Of a stretch of 64,000 bases of DNA, positions 55,352 through 64,000 are shown in pieces. The position numbers and the translations under genes are program-made. The notes below the pieces were generated by a model. It saw only the letters and a program-made list of their open reading frames with translations, made no database searches and was not told the origin of the DNA. Positions within the stretch are counted from its first letter, which is position 1; each line of letters starts with the position of its first letter. The DNA is taken from assembly GCF_964355755.1 (NCBI RefSeq), contig NC_092676.1:6735888-6799887 (forward strand), given 5' to 3'. Source of the DNA: Antedon mediterranea. Taxonomy: Eukaryota > Animalia > Echinodermata.

Positions 55352-55399
55352 CTTTATTCGTTGCTTTACCTTCATTGGCTTCATGTTTTTTACTCTGAT
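55352..55399 (-). CDS. NLR-B candidate linker exon 1 (DQSKKHEANEGKATNK)
   Basis: ttttgatctag / aaag|gtatat, 48 nt, phase 1-1; an internal gaag|gtaaag donor would give 30 nt. Confidence 0.55.
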
Positions 55400-56835
55400 C
55401 TAGATCAAAAAATAAATAATGATTGATATTGTTTAATTAGTTGTAATGATTAATGCCTAATAGTAAATCAAAATTAATCAATTTTTAAGAACCGGCAAAT
55501 ATACATCCAATAAATTGAAATCATCAGACAATCATAAAGTGTATTGATTACTGGAAGTGATCCACATTGATCTCAACGTGTAACATTTATTATATTCAAT
55601 TAAAAATAAACATAATTAATATCTCCTTTCAAACATAAATGTCATAATGAAGATAACATAAACAAAGTTTTAAGGTGCGGCTCCACTCAGACTTCATCAG
55701 CCTATATGTTTAAGTATGTTTAATTGAAAATGATTACATAAAAAAAGCAGGGAAAATATGGCAATATTTTCCAAAAACTAATTTCTAAAAAAACGGCCAG
55801 AAAATAGTGTTTATTAATACATTACGTGCCTTTTCAGTAACTTAGGGGTTATTAGTTTAAAAAATCATTAATAAATATCTGATTTAAGAAAATGCCTCAG
55901 TTAATATTATTCAAAATTAGTAATTGTATATGTTATTCAGTCTATTATATTTAATTAGTTTTGTGTACGATTTGATTGGATTTGATTCCAAAGATAAGAG
56001 ATCAATGTTTAAATACGAAACCTTGTATGTTTTAAGTTTATAACGGCATACAATGTGTAACGCAAAATGTATTATATTTATAACCAAAAACATACTTTTC
56101 CAAACCTTATATATTTACAACCGATTTATTCAAATTGTAATTAAATTTATGTATAGGAGGATCATCAAATAATGACATTTTGTTGGAAATGAAGAGGTTT
56201 TAAGAAGAATGGGCACGAGTGGAGCACAAATACTGTATGAATGAAAGGAAGTAAAGAAAGAAGCGTTACAGAGGATAATTTTGTGGAATGAAAGTTAATA
56301 GGAAAAGAAGAGGTCGGGAAGAAATATTTTAGGCTATTACTATTATATTAGAAATCATGAATAATTCATTACCTTATTTATTTTCTATAAAATTGCAAGA
56401 TAGCTGATCTACTTCCTAAACGTAACCCTCTAAATAATCTCAACTATATTTAAAAAAAAACATGCTCTTGATAAACCTTGAACCGAAGGCTTCAGTGTTA
56501 TAGGTTAAAACCTTTACCACTAGACCAAACATTTTGGTTTGCAAACACTGTTTACACAAGGTATTTAATCTCTCTTCATGCTTTTAAATGAGTGAGCGGT
56601 TAAGGCAGTGGAACCGTAATAAAGAACCTAGTAGGCCTACATTTTTCGAGACGAGTATGGGGTTACCCCGGTGGTGTGTTAGTTTACACACTGTCGTGGG
56701 CAGACGTAATGTGTCTTCCTTTGTTTGTTTTTTTAGTACTGTAGTTTGAGAAAACATTATGTAGGAACTTTAAAAGCTCATATTGCTCTATTGTTGTTTG
56801 TGCTGCTAACATTTTAACTTATAGCAATTCAATGC

Positions 56836-57185
56836 GAGTCATATGGCCGAGCGGTTAAGGCAGGGGCGCCGTTTATCGTACCTAAAGAGCCAACAACAAC
56901 ATCGGCAAGGGTTCGAGGCCGACTCGCTCCTAGTTCTGGTGGTGGAACAAGTCTTCTCGGATAAGGACTATAAACCGTAGGTCCAGTGTACACAGTTATA
57001 ACCTGTGTGTACTTTAAAGAACCCAGTTCATTATTCGAAAAAGTGTAGGGGATTACCCCGGTGAACTGGTTCACACAATATCCTCTGTATCAGGGGGATT
57101 ACCACCTATCTGATAGGACAGTGATTAATTCACTATTGGTAATCCTTGGCCACATTGCCTAAAGACATAAAATAAAAAATAAAAT
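56836..57185 (+). mobile_element. tRNA-headed SINE with Deu/Nin-like core; a second fragment lies at 56589-56690
   Basis: A box TGGCCGAGCGG, B box GGTTCGAGGCC, core tcttctcggataaggactataaaccgtaggtcc...taaagaaccc...ttcgaaaa..gtagggg..accccggtg, A-rich tail; absent from the NLR-A intron. Confidence 0.88.
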
Positions 57186-57988
57186 TATAGAAATAAATTG
57201 AAGTTGAACTTAAAATATCGCATATAAAAAATACAAAGCATAGCTGTGCAGTATTTTACCAGTTTATGAAAACACAATGGTTTGTAATAAATGGTTTTGA
57301 TCTTTTAGGTTTACATAATGGTAAATAAATTTCGTTACTGTGTGTTAGACAAGACGAAGTGGATTTTGCAAATTCAAATCCTTTTTAATAACCAATACTG
57401 CATGTTAATCTTCTTTTATGTTTATACTGCGTATGTTTTATTTTAAAACATTATCGTTATTTTCAAACCGTACAATTTTGTTTTTCATATTTATGAGGAA
57501 CTGTGCGTAAAATAAATATGAGTCTGAATGAAATAATAAACACTCTTAGCTAATGTTATTTCTTTAATTGCGTAATTAAAATGAATGCAAATCACGGATA
57601 TTCAAATTATATTTCTATACTGGGAGATACTTGTTTGGAACTCATTGCTTCACCTGCATCTTTTTCATGTTCATTATTATCATTTAGAAATTGTTTAATT
57701 ATTTGTATATGAGTAATACTGGATGATTATTAAAATTAAACTATATATTAAATAGACAGAAGTTTAAAAAGTAAAAACCGACAAATTGAAAACCCTAAGT
57801 AATTAGAAAGTCATAAATTGTCATGGATTTATTTTCATTTTCAATTAAAACTCAAAAAACTATTGTTACATACAATTTTTCACAATATCAATATAAAGAA
57901 TACAGTATTTAAAAAGAAACTAACCATGTTTAATGAAAGTGATCTCAAACGTGACAGGTATATAGTCATTGAAATAATAAATACATAC

Positions 57989-58523
57989 CTGTACTAAGTA
58001 GGCCAAGTTCTTTTTGGGCTCGTTCTCCAAGAAGACGTGCAAACTCATTTAAATCTTTTGGTAAAATGTCATTCTTCTCCAACTCAAATATCACATCCCA
58101 GAGGCTTGTAAGTCTATACTTTGTCAGATCATAATTTGTAGTAACTCTCTTTAATGCAGCAGGAGATGCAGATTGTCTGACAGCCCTAAACAGTCGTTCT
58201 CGATCTGGTTTCAACTTATTTTCAGCAGTTTTTCTAATATTGTTTTCTTGTATATACTGCTTTACAAGATCTTCAGCATCTTTCGGACCTATTAACCTGG
58301 TAATCTCTAAAAGGAGATTGACGTCATTTGGTGTGATATAACCTTTTCCACTTTTGTTATCAAGCTTATTAAATAAAGCATGTGCAATAGAGTTCTCATT
58401 AGAAAGGTCTTCTAGTGGTAAATGATCACCTACGCAAAATCTCAACAATTTGTAGTCTTCGCCTTCATAATGCTTACCAAGTTTGGATTTCAACACTCTA
58501 AACTTGCTCTCAATGTCTGACAT
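57989..58523 (-). CDS. NLR-B first coding exon: tandem DED-like domains
   Basis: Paralog of 30208-30730; donor acag|gtatgt, phase 1. Confidence 0.87.
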
Positions 58524-60456
58524 TTTTCAAAACATGTGTTTGTCTGCAAAAACAATTTAATTTTAACATGACGAATGTAATCAGGAATATGTTTTATGTT
58601 GTATTTTTTTTATTTTTGCGGTTTATTGTGCACTACTTATGTCTGTCTAATTGTATTTTACCGTCATGAGCTGGCTACAGCATGTTAGAATTCTATTAGA
58701 GGAATATAAAGGAGTTTGTAACAAATTAATCTGCTAGTAAAGCATCTGTTTTAAAATTTCATGTATATTTTAGAAGATCTGTTTTTAGTATAGGCCTAAA
58801 CTACTCTTTTTTATATATAGCTTTAACACACCAGTCCTCCTAAAATGCCCTTTCCAACATTCACAAATGTTGCAATGCATAAACATACATTAGAATGTTA
58901 CAAATGCAGTACTCAGTCATCAGTCACTGTGCCGAGACCACTAGGCCTACGCTGTGGTATTCCGATTGCAATGTTTTTGTTGGATATTTTATCGTATCAT
59001 CAACCTGTGTTCTTTCACAAAGGTTTTTTTTTTTCAATAATAGAAGAGTGTGATCAACGGTATCGAAATAATTTGGAAATATCTAAAAAACATGTTCCGA
59101 TCATTTTTCCTGCTCACTTAGAGATTCAATCCATTCACCAATCACTGATCACTATCAATGATTGTTGGGCGATCTTATCTGCTTATTAGTCTATACTTAT
59201 TAATATTAATAATATAAGATGAATTGTTTAAATAATCCGCTAATTGATTCTACACAAAGAAGTCTCAGCTAGCATCTCAGTTCGTGCGCTTTTTTCTCAT
59301 ATGTCTTTATCATTTCAATATAATTACATTTTTGTCACAGAAAGATTCGAGAGTTGATCACTTTTTTGAAATTTGCTTTAGATACCTATGTTTTACATTA
59401 CACTTCTTGGCGAAATTAATGTTTATTGTTTCACATTTTCAGTGGAAAACCTTATAAGAGAAAATTTGCTTAAAGCAAAAGAACTGTTTAGCAGAATGAT
59501 CTGATGTTACTAACCTTATACTGTTGAAGACGATTAAGAAAAACCCAGGTATCCCAGGTATTCTCCTAACTTAAAATTTTGTTTAGACCAACCTCACCCT
59601 TAAAGTGAGATAAACCACGCTCTTCCCAGATTTGCCATCGCTTGATGTTGTGAATGAGTGGCGTAGTACTTGGCAGTTTTATCACCGTTCATTTCTTTGT
59701 ATCTAACCCGTGATTCTGTATACAAATATTCAGTCACTGCGCAATCGTAATAAACAAACCTAGTCAAAGCAAACAATTAATAGATAAAAAAAAACAATTA
59801 CTAGATTCCTGATAACTAAGACAGTCAACCCATAATAATATCTTCAACAATTAAACTCCTGTGTTTTTCAGAATACGAACACCAATTTTGCTACCGTTTA
59901 ATAGTCACATAGCAGGATACAATACATACACATACATACATACAGGAGCCAATTCGAATGAAATGAAAGCAGAATACGTAACAGATAAATAAAACAATAT
60001 ACTTATAATACTTATTCGCTCCGCAAGCCTTGTTTTTCAATTTTCAAGGAATCAAAACTATAAAACAAACCCAATCTCATTATTTTTTCGTGAAGTAAAC
60101 CAAAACAATTATACCACCTTAATGCCCATTTACGGTACCGATTGTCGATAATTACATATGCTCTTTCCTTCATGAAACAAACGAAATCGAACAAGTTTTC
60201 AACTTAGAATTATAGGATACCGTAACCATTTATGATTTCTTTAATGAAAATATTTTGTTTTAATTAATTGACTTCATGATATAGTAGAGTAAGAGTATTG
60301 TTCTAATTCATTACATAGGCACGAGAACAAAGGATTCTAAGGAAGGCACCCAAATGAACTATGTTATATTATTCATTCTTTTACGCTTTCTTGCAATTTA
60401 CTTTAGACAATTAAAAACCAACAAATATGTTCATTTCTGAACCATTCAGTATTCGA

Positions 60457-63400
60457 TCAATGTCACTTTGACTCCCATCTCCAAAATCGTTCTCGTGCAC
60501 ATTATCATTTTCGGCACTCAACCTTTGTATATACAAGCAGATACTACAAGCAAAATGGGCCATCTGAATACAATGGTGTTTGCTTTCTGATTGATAATAC
60601 TGTATTCTCTTTTATTTTGTGTGTTTATTACACGTCACCTTTGAATGAGTGTCGCACTGAAATCGCCACTGAATTGTCAAGCAAGTATAATGAGCTGCTG
60701 AACTAAACGTGAACATTTAGCGTGAATAACACTAATACATATTAACCACCTCTAATGTCATTTTATTGATAATTATATTTCTCTATCCAACAATGAAACT
60801 ACTTTCTTTCTGCAAAACAGACATTTTGATATATCCAAAACAGTTTATAGCTTCTGAAGTGTTGACAATTGACATATTTATATGTAAATTTAATTTGATG
60901 GTCACATTGTATGTTCAATTATCGTGTGTCTTTTTTTGTCTTTCGTGGGAATCGCCCACCTTTATTGCAATTTCTTCTCATTTTCATTAACATGACTTAA
61001 CAGGTGTTTATGAATAGACATCAATTTTCATTCTTACCCAGCGCTATTAGACTACACAACAATGAGTTCCAAAGATAAGTCATTAGGTCTTTTTGTATTT
61101 TATATTGCTTGATCAGATGTTAATTTCCATGTTGATCATGAATGTAAATATTATGTGTGTATTGTTTTGTTTGTGTTTTTTCTGCCAAGAAAACAATTAT
61201 CATTATACTATATGTATGAATGACTTAATAAATCAAATCTGAATCTGAAATCCAATAATCTATAAATGCTAGGCCTACACTTTATTGATATTTTGTTCCT
61301 GTCAATGCAATAATATAGGCCTAAGACCAAAAAAATGTGAAATCTTTGTTTTTTTTTTTTTTTTTTAAATGTTTTTATAGGTCGTCCTTATAGACCCCAA
61401 GAAGATAATATGGTTATATTCCGACCTAAACAATTATACAATTCACAACAAGGTCATATACATGGCTGCAGTCGAGTGCTCAAGATAGTGTTAACCGACC
61501 AACCGACCAACCGACCGACATAGTGAGCTGTATTATAAAAATTACACAACAATACATAGAAGTAGCCAATTCAACGTCGTCGGCACTCACAAACTGTACT
61601 GAAATCAAACAAACTAAACTAAGCGTGTTGGTTATAATAGATAATTTTAAGTTATTAAAACTATTAGCACTAATACTGATTTTCTTTTACATATAGGCCA
61701 TACGCCAACCGCCACCGCATAAGCTTACTTTATCTACAGCATGTTAGTTAAAATTCAGGATATATTCAGTTCAGTCTTGCAAAGTTGTCTCTCTGTTATC
61801 CATACCTTTTACTTTACTTTCAGAACAACTATCCACTTGATGCACAACATATTCGATCCAATCACTTTAAACTAACCCTAACATCCATTACAATTTTTGA
61901 AACTCTGGATATAAACCTACAAGAAGATACAGTAAGGCAAGCAATGTGGGCTCTCTGAATACAAAGGTGTATGCTTTCTGATATTATATTCTCTTATTAT
62001 GTTACGTGTTTATTCACACCTGAAATGGTGTCCCTCTAAAATTGTGAATTTACAAGCAGATTTAACGTATTACAAAACTATAGCGTGAAAATTGAACATT
62101 AATTAATCTATTAATGTATTATTTTGTTTATGAAATGAAATGAAATAAATGCATTATGTTTTTATATCTACATATATATCCATTTATATATCTACTATAA
62201 TAACCGTCTCAGCTTAATATTTTATCGAAATATGGTCATTATTTCTCCATTGAAATTTATATCAAAGATGTTACTCTAATATGACTTTATATTTTCTTTT
62301 CGGTTGCTTCTCTTCATCAGTTATTTGGTTTTTGTTATTAAACCCAGCAATCAGTAAATGATAGGCCTATATTGATATTCTGTTCATGTCAATGTTCAAA
62401 TTTAAGGTCATATAATGATAGTGAAACTCTTTTTTATATTAGGTCTTCGTTATAGACGCTAATAGTAGGGCCTAATATGTTTATATTTAGACCTAAGCAA
62501 TAATCCGATTAACAACAAATTACATTACATAGAAGTATGTCAATTCATTAAAACAAAATCTCTCACAAACTTGTGGATTGTCAGAAAATTCAATTAAAAA
62601 ATATTATGTTCCAAATGATCCCCACACGGTACTTTACAGTAAATTATCAAACTATCAATGTCACTTTGACTCTCACCCCCACAATTCGTTCGCGTGCACC
62701 TTATCATTTTCGAAACTTTACCTTTGAATATACAAGCAAAATAGGCCATCTGAATACAATGGTGTTTGCTTTCTGATTGATAATATTCTCTTTTATTTTG
62801 TGTGATGATTTCATTGTCGATTTGAGAGATCGTTTACTTTTGGTTGGGACGGCGGCACTCAAAACAGTGCTGAATTAAACGACCTAAACTAAGCGTGTTG
62901 GTTAAAAAGAGTAAATATTACTAACTTAATTTATCAAACCATGCCTACTAGGCCTACTTATTTTTGCAGTAAGTCAACCACCACCACATTACCACCACAA
63001 TTTCAGCAGCAACAGCTCTTTATAAGCTATAGTTATTGTTATTGAAACATGTTGAAATCCACAATATATTTTTGTCATGCAATAATATCAACATTATTTT
63101 GAATGATGCTTTTGCAACAGCGGCACAAAATATCGTTAGTACATCTTAATAATAACAATCTTTTAATGTCAATAGCAAAAATACAATTTAAAACAATGCA
63201 ATCAAATAACGAGAGGAAAATATAAGTAATTACAGTAAATAAAGTTTTGTGAATAGAAAATCGTAAAAACCATGCCTTTTTGATATTATCTTTTACAAAA
63301 ACTTGTCAAATAATGTTATAAGAAGAGTAAACTTTGGGTCATTAATAAAGTAATCATAGTTACCAAGTGTTAACGTTAATTTTAACCAGAAATTAAAAAG

Positions 63401-63790
63401 TTTTAAAGAATAGGTCCTATATATTTTACGATAGTTGTCAAGCATTTGAATCACACTAAAACCAAATACGGTGGGTGTAAGTGTGTATAAATCGTTACTG
63501 TATTGATTAGTTTTTCCGTTGTTCTTTCTGATCAATTATTCTGTTCCGCTAGAACATGGTGATCAAGGAAAGCAATTGACCAAAACAAATACATGATAGG
63601 ATGTCAAAATCAACATTTCCATTTCGTGCCAACTTGTCACAATGTCAAGTTGACCTCCGTCCCCAAAATGATTCCCGTGCACCATATCATCTTTGACACT
63701 TTACTTCTGAAAATACAATTAGCAGATATGACAAGCAAAATGGACAATTTGAATACAATGGTGTTTTCTGATCGATGAGATTTTCTTTAT
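60457..63790. repeat. Four diverged copies of a ~150-bp module upstream of NLR-B (60457, ~61857, 62655, 63640); one copy upstream of NLR-A (32514)
   Basis: tcaatgtcactttgac...cgtgcac...acctttg.atat...acaagcaaaat.g.cca..tgaatacaatggtgttt.ctttctgattgat. Confidence 0.85.
61447..61535 (-). mobile_element. Miniature HINE related to 31231-32063
   Basis: aacaaggtc...ggc..cagtcgagtgc and (accgacca)n-gacatagtga are reverse complements of the element's 3' end and core repeat. Confidence 0.6.
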
Positions 63791-64000
63791 CTTGTATATT
63801 TATGTATCCAATTGAAACAGGACAAATTTGTAATCATTTTTTTTGCGATGTATGCGTGAACATTAAACACAACTATTAGGATACAAATATTGTTTTCGAC
63901 TTTCGAATCAATTTCAATAAAAATAATTTACAATAATACAATACATTCGTTGCGAAATCGTAATAAATATACGTAGGCAAAACAAACAATTTATTAGATA

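Larger units (their letters stand above)
55865..59250. repeat. Segmental duplication partner of 28140-32265 (intron, DED exon and upstream intron)
   Basis: Long near-identical non-coding tracts, e.g. 29410-30120 vs 57243-57950. Confidence 0.95.

Noticed and set aside
56843-56930. tRNA gene
   Set aside because: A and B boxes are too far apart with no cloverleaf, and a SINE core and tail follow. ORF 56829-57074 is its antisense.

Overview
AT-rich, intron-containing animal DNA (invertebrate; a Deu-domain SINE and tandem-DED NLRs suggest an echinoderm or other invertebrate deuterostome, which is inference only). The window is dominated by two tandem minus-strand paralogous NLR immune-receptor genes. 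Each has a tandem death-effector-domain (DED)-like exon, one or three 45-48 nt phase-1 linker exons, and one 8.3-8.8 kb intronless exon encoding NACHT plus roughly 70-80 ribonuclease-inhibitor-like LRRs. The two LRR arrays were homogenised independently (174-bp unit in NLR-A, 171-bp unit in NLR-B), show higher-order block duplications, and vary conspicuously at exposed beta-strand positions. NLR-B (45008-58523) looks intact. NLR-A (17376-30730) has a 1-nt frameshift, and its LRR array was cut by an L2/CR1-type LINE whose (AATC)n tail supplies the new stop codon. The rest of the window holds the 3' exons of an uncharacterised gene, a decayed Gypsy element with a nested LINE, an orphan cathepsin-L-like last exon, a hairpin-unit 66-bp satellite, and many MITEs, SINEs and Helentron-like elements. 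All alignments and counts were done by eye.
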